From positions 21,765,188-21,829,187 of the forward strand of contig NC_068985.1 of assembly GCF_001194135.2 (NCBI RefSeq): a DNA stretch of 64,000 nt, written 5' to 3'. The stretch comes from Octopus bimaculoides (Eukaryota). A program made the translations under genes and the position numbers. Positions 48,856 to 60,513 of the stretch are shown here, in pieces; within the stretch, counting starts at the first letter, position 1, and each line of letters begins with the position of its first letter. Below the pieces are notes generated by a model. The model searched no databases. It was not told where the DNA came from and worked only from the letters and a program-made list of their open reading frames with translations.

Positions 48856-49020
48856 AGGTGAAATGAGATTTCCAGAATTTGCTTCCAAAATACCAAAATA
48901 TGCCTTGTTGACTTCACACATTTTAGTGGATAGTGCCATAGAGTACTTTTTCATTCTTGTCTTGATAAATTGGCCAAAACAAAATGCGTCTGCCAGATGC
49001 TTATAACATCTTGGCAGCAT
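48856..49020 (-). CDS. Candidate first coding exon (MLPRCYKHLADAFCFGQF...GNLISP)
   Basis: 55 open codons, phase-0 donor GTGAGC, about 45 nt downstream of an Inr-like TCAGTT. Confidence 0.3.
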
Positions 49021-49107
49021 TTCTGATAAATGCAGATAGCCTTACCCATTTAGGTAGCTAGAACTGAACTGGTGAGCTTAAGGCCCTTTTATTTGAATTA
49101 CTAAGAA

Positions 49108-49232
49108 GTTCTTGAAAATTCTAGAAAGTTCTTGAAAGTTGTAGGAAATTCTAGAAATCACTTGAAAAATTCTCCAAAATTCAAGAAAGTTCTCAATCAG
49201 CCACTCAGCACTGAATCTATCTAGAATGTTCT
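49108..49232. promoter_or_regulatory. Heat shock element (nGAAn) array
   Basis: Ten alternating pentamers in register at 49108-49157 (8 perfect, first six contiguous); further units at 49163-49193 and 49223-49232. Confidence 0.6.
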
Positions 49233-49928
49233 GGGAAATAGGTAAATTTTAAAATATCGCTACTAAGGTCACGAAAGCATGTTTTAAACATATGGAGAAA
49301 GGAAATATCACTGCCTAGTAACAACAACAAAAAAGTAAACATTTTATTATATTTGTAATTGTTTCTAACACAGGTACAAAAGCTGAAATTTGTGGGGCGG
49401 GGTTGAGTCGATTTTATCGACCTCAGGACTTGACTGGTACCTTATTTTGCCGACCCTGGAAAGATGAAAGGATAATAATAATAATAATAATGATGATGAT
49501 GATGATGATGATGACGATGATTATGATTTCCTTTTATTTTAAGACAGACAGCACAACATAATAACTGCTTCGATCGGTATTGAAAAATATAGCTGAATGT
49601 TTTTGTAAGGGAGTTAACTATTTGGGGGACGGGAGCGACCTAAAAATTTTTGTTGTACGCAAGCGACATATTACTGTTTCCTCTGGTGCAACTACACAAC
49701 AATTTCATTTAGAGTTAATAGTATTTAACAAAATACATCAATGTGTATAATTCTACAGCAGTGTACTTAAAGCAGACATTACATTCATTTATAATATATC
49801 GCATGATAAACACGAACGTACTCTTGTTTATTTACATATAACTAATACGATTACAACAAAAATATAGGTACTGGTGACTTAATATGAAAAGAGGTGTGTA
49901 TAAAACGTTTTGATGCATTTAGAGTGTG

Positions 49929-50442
49929 ATGGAAGAAAGTGAATTCCTGCATAAGATTTCTGATGAAGACGAACAGGATCGTGATTACACTTGCCGGTTA
50001 GATATAGAGCCGATAGCAACGTCAACAACATCGCCGATAACAACATCAACAGCATTGCCATCATCACAAACAACATCAATAACACCAGATGTAAGTTGCA
50101 GCAAAGCGATTTTTCAATCATCACTTTCCAGCTTCGAAACTGATTTTGAAGACATTCCTGTAACACCTGCGGACTGTCAATTGTCATCTAACCATGATTC
50201 AAATAGTAAGACATTTGATGTGCGACAATCTGACTCTGAAAGAGTCCGAGGTGCATTGTGTCGCGTTTTTAGCCAAAATTATTCCGAAAGTGACTCGATT
50301 AGTGTCAACTCGTCACTGGTAACATCATCTTCATCATCCTCATCACGCGTCTCTCCGAAAAGAATGGCTAAAAGTGATTCATTCTGTGACTGCTATGCTC
50401 TTGGTCAAGAAAAAGAATGCCTGTGTGGAGAAGAAGATTCGT
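49929..50442 (+). CDS. SPSB3: SPSB3 exon 1 (Ser/Thr-rich N-terminus, ...SFCDC...CLCGEED)
   Basis: FCDC/C.CGEED motif precedes the SPRY domain in SPSB3; donor GTAAGT at 50443, phase 1. Confidence 0.85.
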
Positions 50443-51334
50443 GTAAGTATACCTCAACGCTTACTCTACCACATGGCATATTTTAAAACCAGTATTGTAA
50501 ATAATGATAGAATTTGAAAACTGGAAACATTTTTGTTTATCATTTCGATGAGAAATGTTTTGCTAAATTCGTTGTTGAATGCATTTTGTAGTAAATATGC
50601 AAGGGACGTAAATGTTATTTTTAATGGCTTTAGAGCATTTAAAGCATGAATCAAATATGCAGTTTTGGGCAACCTATTCTATTGTTTTTTATTCTCAATA
50701 AAATGAAATTACGTTTTAAAGAGTCATCAGTTGCGAAATTAATGATGATAATCATTATAAATGGATCTGTATAATTAGTTGTAATGAAAGTAACTGCATT
50801 TGCTTCTCTTACTCCCTTTACATCCCATTAACGTTATCTAAATATTTTTCTAAAAGTTCATTGTTTAATCGCGAGAAAACTTTTCATGTTGAGCTGTTGT
50901 AGAAATTTTTTTCTAATGAATTGTATAGTTATTAACGGTAAAATACAAACGGCAGGCTTTGAAGGAGCAATATTAATATTACCCCCATGAGTCATTATTG
51001 GTTAATCAAATTTTTGATGCTCTTAGAAAAAATGTAATACCAATGTTTATAGTTTCTGCAAAAAATAAACATAATGTTCCTTCATAACTATTATGCCTAT
51101 TTACGTGAATTTTACTCTTGTTTACGATCTAATAGTAAACAAAAATTACACACCTGTAAAGAACCATTTACCTCGGTATTTGTGAAATTACTCTGTAAGA
51201 GGAATGACGATTAATTGTCACCTTGATCTTGGGTAAAATGCTAACTAAGCTCTGATTTACCTTTATTTACCAACTTGCTCAATTCGCTTTTGTTTTCTAA
51301 GTTGCCTTTTATTAATCATGTGTGTATATAGAAG

Positions 51335-51710
51335 GGCAGGCGTGGCTGTGTGGTTAAGAAGCTTGCTTCCCAGTCTTGTGGTCATGGGTTCAGTCCCACT
51401 GTGTGACACTTTGGACAAGTGTCTACTACTATAGCCCCTGGTTAACCAAGGCCTTGTGAGTGGATTTGGTAGATAGAAACTGGAGGAAGCCTGTCGTATA
51501 TATATATGTGTGTGTGTGTTTGTGCCCTATCAATACTTGACAACTGGTACTGATTTGTTTATGTCTCTGTAACTTGGTGATTCAGCAAAAGAGATTGAAA
51601 AATTAAGTACAAGGCTTAAAAAATAAGTAATGGGGTTAATTTGTTCAACTAAAACCTTGAAGGCAGTGCCCCAGCATGGCTGCAGTCCAACGATTGGAAC
51701 AAGTAAAATG
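51335..51710 (+). mobile_element. SINE family A
   Basis: Full-length homolog in SPSB3 intron 1. Confidence 0.85.
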
Positions 51711-51907
51711 TAGAAAGTAATATAATCTCTGTCTGTTGGAAATTTTTATAGATGGAGCCTACTTCTGTCAAATGTATATGTTTTATGTCTTTTAGTTTTA
51801 CATTTAGGTGGTACCTGAGCTAAATGATGTTTGTTATCTGAGATGTAGGTATTTCTACTTGAAAATTCTGCATATTATTATTATTTGAATATTATTTTTA
51901 ATTTCAG

Positions 51908-52095
51908 TTTTTGACTGGGTCTGGGATGAAGATTCTAAATCTTCTGCTTGCCTACTGAAGCAAGACCACAGAGAAGTATTATTTCACATGGACTATAGCT
52001 GTGGCACAGCTGCCGTACGGGGTACTACCCCAATGAAAGACAATCAACATTATTGGGAAGTGAAAATGACCTCCACAGTCTATGGCACTGATATG
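51908..52095 (+). CDS. SPSB3: SPSB3 exon 2 (FDWVWD...[15 protein letters not shown]...[16 protein letters not shown])
   Basis: Hallmark SPSB3 SPRY sequence; TTTCAG and GTAATG, phase 1-0. Confidence 0.95.
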
Positions 52096-52633
52096 GTAAT
52101 GACATCCATTTACTTTTGAATCTATATCTTACATTACCTTTATGATTTGAATGATTTAATCTTATTCATTTGGCACAGCTAATTACATTAGAAAAGCACA
52201 GAATTCTAATTACATTTAGGGAATTAACTTGCATATTTTATTCAGTACTGGTTTTATTTTTTTAAACCTAATCAAAGTCAGGTATATTTGTGGGAAAAAA
52301 TAAATTGAGAAGTTGTACAGTAAATAACTCTTCTTGACGACTCTGTATTAGTCAGTCTTGTTCAGAGGAACATAAGCTGTTGCAGTTTATTAGAAGAGAT
52401 GAAGAGAAGGCAGAAGTTAAAGGATACTAAGAAGAAAAGGTTTACAGATAAGTCGAGTGGTATTTTATTGATTTATATTAAGAATATCACTAACTGATGG
52501 CAGTTCTTTTCTGTAGTTTCAGTGTTTTCGTTTCAGAAATGATTTAGAACAGAGACAAGTATTAAAGGAAGCTCAACTCATCTATTGTAACTACTTAATT
52601 AGCTTAATATAACTGAGTCTGTTAGTTAATATA

Positions 52634-53889
52634 TTTGGTTGTCCAGAAAGTTCATGCCGATTTTTAGTCGTTCATGTTCCAACACGTTAGAACATGTCAA
52701 ATTTATTGACACATATGCTTACATTTCCAGTTAGCGCACACTTCAAACTATCTCTTGAGAAGGAAAGTTTAAAATTACTTAATTCATGTCAATTTTGCAT
52801 CCCTATGAAAATGGAAGATTATAAGGTGTATTTTAAGCACTTGATGTTTTTTTTTATGACTGTAAAGGCAAAAATGCCTCACAAGCAACAAAAAAGATGT
52901 GCTGTGTACAGTGAAATTGCTTTAGCTGACAGAACTGTACAGAAGTGGTTCACTAAGTTTAGAGTTGGTGATTGTAGCCTTATTGATAAAGAATGCTTAG
53001 GCAGACCCCTCCCCACTACAGATGATGACCAAATCAAGACATTGAAAATAATCTGCATTACACAACATGGAAATTGGCAGAAACACTTCCACCATCTATG
53101 TGCGCTTAGGTACTCAAATTGCTACGATGTTTGGGTACCACATGATATGAATGAAATGAATCTTTTGGATTGCATTTCTATCTGTGATTTGCTGTATTAA
53201 TGCTATGAAAATGCACCCTTTTTGAAGCAAATTGTGATAGGTAATGAGAAATGGATTGTTTACAACAATGTTCAGTAAAAAAAGATCTTAGGGTAAGCGA
53301 TATGAGCCACCTTTAGCCACCCCAAAAGCAGGTCTTCATCCTAAGAGAGTCATGCTTTGCATCTGGTGGGCTTGGAAAGGAATCCTGTATGACGAACTTC
53401 TGCCAAGTAACCAGTCATTTAATTCTGAGAAGTACTGCTCACAACTGGACGATTGAAAGGCAGCAATTCAAGAAAAGCACCCAGAATTGACAAACAGGAA
53501 AGGCGTTGTTTTCCATCAGGATAAAGCCAGACCTCACTTCTTTTTGGCAACTTGTCAAAGATTGTTGCAGCTTGGCTGGGATGTGTTACCCCACCCACCA
53601 TATTCAGCAGACATTGCTCCTTTGGATTTTCATTTATTCAAGTCCTTGCAAAATAATCTCAAAGGTAAAAATTTTAATTCTTTGGGGTTATAAAAAACCA
53701 CCTTAATGAGGTCTTTGCCAAGAAACCACTGAAATTCTGGGAAGACAGAATCTTTAAGTTGAAGGAAAGATGGAGAAAGATTGTGCAACAAAATGGTTCG
53801 TATTTAGTTGAATAAATATTTAATGGCATAATTTTGTTTTTTCTTTTAATTTCCCTTAAAAATCGGCATGAACTTTCCAGACAACCCAA
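52634..53889 (+). mobile_element. Full-length decayed mariner (1256 bp, TIRs, TA TSD)
   Basis: TIR TTGGTTGTCCAGAAAGTTCATGCCGATTTTTA at both ends; WIVYNN, FHQDKARPH and HPPYSADIAPLDFHLF motifs; stops and frameshifts. Confidence 0.93.
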
Positions 53890-54741
53890 TAAATATATTT
53901 ATGGTCTCAAAGAAACTTCAGTGTTATCAACTCTATGGGAGTCATTGACAGAAATTTAAATCATTTCACTATTTGATAGAAAACATTGAAATATTCTGGC
54001 AGTTACTATTTCAATGACAGCATTTCACTTTCTGAATTAAAATAATATTAAAGTGTTTTGCATGGATAAATTTGAGGAGGTTTTGCTTAATACATAGTGG
54101 CTTTTTTTTTTTCAATAGACAGTTTTTTTCTCTTGGCTGCATATTTATGTAATTGTGCATACATTCATGCATCCTTACCTGTATTTATGTGCGTGTGTGT
54201 ATCAACAAAATGCAAAATTTACTATCCTGTCTGTTGTATTCTGCTGAGACTACACACAGTGTATCAAAATGTTGTTGAGCTGCCAGTTATGCCATTTACA
54301 ATCTATAGTGAACATTTCTTTGTGAGACCACATCTTTGACCAGGAGGTTTTGCAACATGCAGACATGCCTGATGTTGAGTCTATCTTCTTGGAATTGCAG
54401 TTTCACTAAGTAGGAGATATGGTCTATGTAGAGAATACTAGAATCCTCCAAGGCAGTGCTCTGAACTGTGCTGAAATGAAAGCCATTGAAGAGAGTACTT
54501 ATAATCTTTTCAAAATCTTGCAGCACACCTGAACTAAAAATATAACTAAAAGTATAGGGAAAGATTATATTCTGTTATAGTGATGCCATCAAATGATATC
54601 CCAGTGAAGTGAGTGTCCTCATTGCAACTGCAACTGATTGCAAACAGTGGTGGAAGGAAAAAGCAAATGTTGCTGAGCCAAACCAGATAAAATAACAAGA
54701 AGACGAAAATGGAAAAAGGCTAGAAGATCCTTACTCTAGAC

Positions 54742-54905
54742 CAGTGCTCCACAACCGGTATGCCGCGGCACACTGGTGTGCCACAGTGTAACCTGAATAT
54801 AATTTTTCTCCTATACTTTTAGTTATATTTTTAGTTCAGCTGTGTTGCAAGATTTTGAAAGGATTATAAGTGTACCACAAGTGAAAAAAAGGTTGTGAAG
54901 CACTG
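54742..54905. mobile_element. hAT (Charlie-like) MITE
   Basis: CAGTGCTCCACAACC...GGTTGTGAAGCACTG; TSD CTCTAGAC/CTCTAGAA. Confidence 0.85.
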
Positions 54906-55014
54906 CTCTAGAACTATCAAGAAAATTCTGCAATACCTGTAGTCAGGATTTTACCAGTACCTTCAGTTTACAATTCCATGAAAGAAAAAGACATTGTTGT
55001 TAAAGTGCCCTTTG

Positions 55015-55075
<61 letters not shown>

Positions 55076-55089
55076 TCATATATATATAG

Positions 55090-55462
55090 GTGAGTTAAGT
55101 TAGAGGTTATAACAACCATCTAAAGGATACTTGTATCCAATGAATCAACTGGTGTATTACTTATATTTGATCATGAGCATTACTTTAATGCTTAGAAATG
55201 ATAAGTAAGGATAAGAATAAATGGAAGTTTACCAATATTCAAGGACAACAGGAAATGGAGATAAAATTGATGAATAACAATTGATCTACACCATTTGTAA
55301 TTAATTACACAAAGACAGAGAATCTCATCTTACAGCTGTTTCTGTTAGCGGTAACGGAAACAGCTGTAGGATGAGATTCTGTTGTTTTGTAATTAATGAA
55401 TAAATGATAATTAGTGTAGATCAATTGTTATTCATCAATTTTATTTCCATTTTCTGTTTTCC
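55090..55462. mobile_element. Penelope/retrozyme-like repeat end with inverted duplication
   Basis: Palindrome centred near 55350; each arm has GAAACAGCTGTA(A/G)GAT; shares TCTAACTTAAC with 1351-1361. Confidence 0.6.
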
Positions 55463-55871
55463 TTATACACACACACACGCACACATATATGACTGGAGCC
55501 AATGAGCCTGAGAGATGCATCAGGTTTCAGTCTGATTTGGCATGATTTCTACAGTTGGATGCCCTTCCTAAAGCCAACTACAGGCCAGTTACTGCAGAAT
55601 TTGTTCTGAGATATGCCTTATGGACTTGTTGTGTTAAGAATGCAATAAATATCAAAAAGAAATTAAATTCATCCCAGCAGCTACAGAGTGCACCAAATGC
55701 ATTTTGGCCTTTTGGGGCCTTTTACAATGGTGTGTACTTGTAGTAAGCCACATACTTCTCTGAGCAGCAAATCAATAAGAGATGTTATCTCAGGACAAAT
55801 ACTGCACTAACTGGCCCACACATTTACTGCAGTATTTGTCGTGCTTTAAGTATGATATATAAATGGCTATT

Positions 55872-56093
55872 TTAACCCTTTAGTATTCAGATTACTCTGC
55901 TAAATGTAATGTTTATCTATATACATTGCTTTGAATTGACCTATTGTGTAGCTTGAAGATTTTGATAATGTGATTGTATGTTTTTAGAATAGCATGGTAG
56001 GATAGGTGTGAGAGGGTGAATGCAGCCAGTTTGAACATAAAATAGGTAGAATATTTCGGCTCAATATGGCTGGTTTAAATGCTAAAGGATGAA
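55872..56093. mobile_element. piggyBac-like MITE
   Basis: TTAA-CCCTTTAGTATTC left end; degenerate AATGCTAAAGGA-TGAA right end. Confidence 0.6.
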
Positions 56094-56309
56094 TTAAATA
56101 CTGCTTCAGGTGTGTATACCAGATTTTTTATCAGCTGAGCAGGTAATCACAACACCAGGAGTGTTTTATTCAGTTTATCCTATAGCAAAGACTGAATTCT
56201 TGTCTAAGCATGTGGCTTACATGATGTTTTCATTAATTGTATATCTGTTTAAAATTAGCTTGTTCTGTGTCCTACTGTCTTAAATAAAAATTGTTACTTT
56301 TCTTTTCAG

Positions 56310-56538
56310 ATGGTTGGAGTTGGAACACAGAGTATTGACTTGGACAAATATCGTCATGCATTTTGTAGCTTGCTGGGTAGAGATGAGGACAGTTGGGGTC
56401 TGTCTTACACAGGTGTCACGCATCACAAGGCTCAGAAAGAACTATACACATCTAAATTTGGCCAAGGAGATATCATTGGGGTCCATCTTGATATGTGGCA
56501 TGGAACAATGTCATTTTATAAAAACAGAAGACCTTTGG
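56310..56538 (+). CDS. SPSB3: SPSB3 exon 3 (MVGVGT...[16 protein letters not shown]...[23 protein letters not shown])
   Basis: Hallmark SPRY sequence; TTTTCAG and GTAGGT, phase 0-1. Confidence 0.96.
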
Positions 56539-56559
56539 GTAGGTTTCAGTTTTTCTTGC

Positions 56560-57290
56560 TCATCATCATCATCATCGTTTAATGTCCGCCTTCCATGCTG
56601 GCATGGGTGGGACGGTTTGACAAGAGCTGGCCAGGCAGAAGCCTGCACCAGACTTCTGTAACTGTTTTGGCAGGATTTTAACAACTGGATGCCCTTTCTA
56701 ACACCAACCACTCAGCTGAGTGGACTTAGTGTTTTTTGTGTGGCACAAGCACAGGTGAGGTCAGTTTTGGCAAGGTTTTTACAGCTGGATGTCCTCCCAA
56801 ATGCCAACCACTTTTCAGTGTGGACTAGGTGCTTTTAAGTGGCACGTGCACTGACAGGGTCGCCAAGTCCTTGCAAGACAATAAAAAAAAGAAAAAAAGC
56901 TCTTTTGAGAGGGGAGGGGGCATTGGAGGAGGTGATCTTGTGTCAGATGATGATAGGTTATAGTGAGGCAGAGAGATAGGAACAGGTGTCTTGCTGTAGA
57001 GGAGGTACAAGGTTATCTGGTCGGAGAGAGAGAGAGAGATCAGGAATGAAGACAAACAGGTGCTGTTGCAAAAGAAATACATATTTACCTGACCTGAATG
57101 AAGTGCAGGAGAAGGAGAGAGAGAGAGTGGGAGACTGCAGGATAGAGATGGTGGCAAAGTACCTGACATATGCACTGATACCGTGAGACAGGGCATGGGT
57201 GGAACACAGGCTGGAAGCTAGCAGAGAGCAATGATACAGTAGCACAGGACCAAGAGGGCAGGATTGGGGAGTGAGAGGTAAACTGAGTAA
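56560..57290 (-). mobile_element. RTE 3'UTR (family C long form)
   Basis: About 700 bp collinear with 26085-26900. Confidence 0.85.
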
Positions 57291-57964
57291 AGGGTAGATT
57301 ATTCATGATTATCACTACCATCAACTTATCAACACCATTATCACTATCAAAGTACTAGCTCAAAGGGAAAGAAGTTATTGTAAGATTTAGAAGAGAAGAA
57401 AGGACATTGTGTTGGCAGGCTAGTAGATTACTGGGTATTGAGCTACTTATTACTGCCTCAACATCTCCATACCAGTCAGGTCCATCTTGGATGTTTATAT
57501 ATGCAGCAGTTGCTTTGAACCAGATATATGAATATTGCTCTCTTGTGAGACACACATGTACCTTGTACAAGTTCAGAAATTATTCCTGGGAACTGGAGTG
57601 GAAGACTATCCTTTGAAAGTTTTCAGCAGTTTGTTGTTCAGTAATAATAGGGTTTATTACTGTGATGTATGTGTAGTGACTATGACTTGGTGCTGATGGA
57701 TTAGATTAGCTATTCATATTTCCATCATAATTTAATTTCTATTAATAGATTTTATTCATACCCAATGAGAAATGCTTAGGTTTATATGTGGATGAAAGCT
57801 GTAACCAAAAACACCATTAATTAGTAAAAAGTGGTATAATCTACAGAGGTGTATATGGATAATGGTAATAGCCAGCGTTTCCTCAATGAACAGAATGAAG
57901 AGTGTCTGAGATATAATCACAGCCTGTGCCATGTATGACTTAGATATTTCTTATATGAGACTAA

Positions 57965-59550
57965 GTGGTTAGCTAGCAGAATCATTTCACATCAGACAAA
58001 ATGCTTAGCAACATTTGAGTTTAAATTCAACTAAGGTCGACTTTGCCTTTCATCCTTTCAGGTCAATAGAATAAATGCCCGTCAAATACTGGGGTCAATG
58101 TAATTGACTTATGCTCTCCCCTAAAATTGTTGGTGTTGTGCCAAAATTTGAAACTATTATATGTTGGACCGGTCTGGCAAGAAACCACCAATCTAAGACA
58201 TCAGTTGGATTGTGTGAGATGTAATCAGGGTATGAGTGGTATAAAGAGTGATATATTTGTTTTACCATAGTAATTTGGGTCAAGAAATGTACTTTGTGTG
58301 ACACAGAAGAGCAACTCTTTGGGAGATTTATCTACCATTAGCTCATCTTTAATATCCTTTTACCCCACAAAATGACTTTGTTTTACATTTCATGAAGGTC
58401 TTCTAGGATCCTAGCTGATAGATAATAGCTGTTAGCTGATTCCTTAACTACCTAATATAATAATCAGACTTGGTTTTCATTATACATAGATGATCTTTCT
58501 GATAATCATGTATAACTATCATAGAACATTTTAGAAGAACCAATTGAGTTGTCTCCACCTTAATTCTTGTTTGCTTAGATATTGCAGTGGAATATTTAGT
58601 TAATAAAAGAATGGATGGACGTCGGGCGAAATGCTTAGCAGTATTTCGTCTGTTTTTACATTCTGAGTTCAAATTCCGCCGAGGTCGACTTTGCCTTTCG
58701 TCCTTTTGGGGTCGATAAATTAAGTACCAGTTTCATACTGGGGTCAATCTAATCGACTGGCCCCCTCCCAAAAAAATTTTGGGCCTTGTGTCTAGAGTAG
58801 AAAAGAATAAAAAAATGGATGGAGAATAGTTTGAATGTATATAATAGTTTGTGTATATACAGCATTAATAGGCCAGTTACTATGGTATTCATCCTGAAAT
58901 AATACCTCTTACAGATGTGCTGTTAAAAAAGTACTAAATATTAGAGGGAGACAGAAATTCGCCCCAGCAGCAGCCAGCAAGAATGCCAGATTTTGGCTTT
59001 TTGGGGGCCTTTTCAATGTAATGTTCTTGCATCTAACCTCATGGAATTTTTGCATGATTATTTTCCTTAGAGTAATTATTTTTGTGTTTGAGTGTTACCT
59101 GGATTTGTCAAATAAATCAACACAGAAATAAAAACACAAAGAAAATGGTATGTATTGGAAAAACACACCCCTTAACTATAGATTGTATTTTTTGACAAAC
59201 AAATTTACAAAGATGACATATTCTCTCTACATAACACTTGCAGAGTTGGAATTTAATAAAATTCCATTTGTATGTGAACATAAAACAACAAAAACTATGT
59301 TAAGAAAGTTAATATGTAAATCTAAAATTTTAGTGTTAGCTAAGGTGGTGAGCTAGCAGAATCGTTAGCACACTGGGCAAAATACTAAGCAGTATTTTGT
59401 CCATTTTTACATTCTGAGTTCAAATTCCACCAAGGTCAACTTTGCTGTTCATCCTTTTGGCATTGAAAAAATAAATAACATTTCAACACTGAGGTCAATG
59501 TATCTGACTTACCCTCTCCCCAAAATTGCTGACCTTGTATGAAAATTTGA
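57965..59550 (+). mobile_element. Three SINE family B copies (57965-58160, 58615-58808, 59343-59550)
   Basis: Homology to 13400-13635. Confidence 0.8.
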
Positions 59551-60139
59551 AATCAGTATGTATATCTATATACTGAGGAATTGAAAAGTTTGACCAAATC
59601 TTGAATTAGCAAACCTAGATCTTTCTTAAATGATAATGGAATTACTTGAATTGTTAATCTTATTTTTTCATTAAAAAAACAAACACTGCATTCTGGATAT
59701 AGTTTAATTTCTTTTTGTTATTTGCTGTCATATATTTGTTCATGTGATTAGGTTCAAACATTTGTAGATATATTAATGTACATATGTTTTACAAATATGT
59801 GGTATTTTACAGAAAAATGCAATTGTCAGTCCAAAAATTGTGTCCTTTCTTGAAAGACTTTTACATTTTCATATTTCATTCTAAAATAAAATGAAGGCTT
59901 GTAATGAAATGTCATCATTATTGAGTATAACTTTATGCATGTTTAATTTGACTACAAAGTAAATGAAAATTAAAGTTCGGATTAAATAGATGAAACAATT
60001 CTAAATATATTTTATCTGAATGTGACCAGTTGTATGAAACATTGTTTTATTCTGAAGAGGTTTTGCATGAATTTTTGATTAATTGGGAAATTGTTTTAAA
60101 ATGATTTTAAAGTATTGTATTTATTTTCTATATCTATAG

Positions 60140-60513
60140 GTATTGCATACAAAGGACTTCAAGGAAAAAACTTATACCCAGTTGTATCCTCCACAGCTGC
60201 TCGAAGTGGTATGAAAGTGGTCAGATGTCAGTCATTTCCAACATCTCTTCAGTTCATGTGTTGCCAAATCTTACGCACACATATCCCAAGCCACATGGAT
60301 GTTTTAGAAGTTGTAGATTTGCCTCCTGGTTTGCGAACTTTCCTCCACGACAAAGTTGGTTGGTTACTGCAATCCTGTCGTTTATTTGTCAAAGATGTTG
60401 TAACTGCTGGTTCAAAACGACCATGTCAATCTCCTTATGGATATTATGAAGATGATGATCGGCGGAAAAGGCGCTGCTTATGGCCTGTTAACTCATTGCC
60501 AGAACCATCTTAA
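60140..60513 (+). CDS. SPSB3: SPSB3 exon 4 (end of SPRY, SOCS box TSLQFMCCQILR...LPPGLRTFL, stop)
   Basis: LYPVVSSTAARSGMK and SOCS box; CTATAG acceptor, phase 1; TAA at 60511-60513. Confidence 0.96.
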
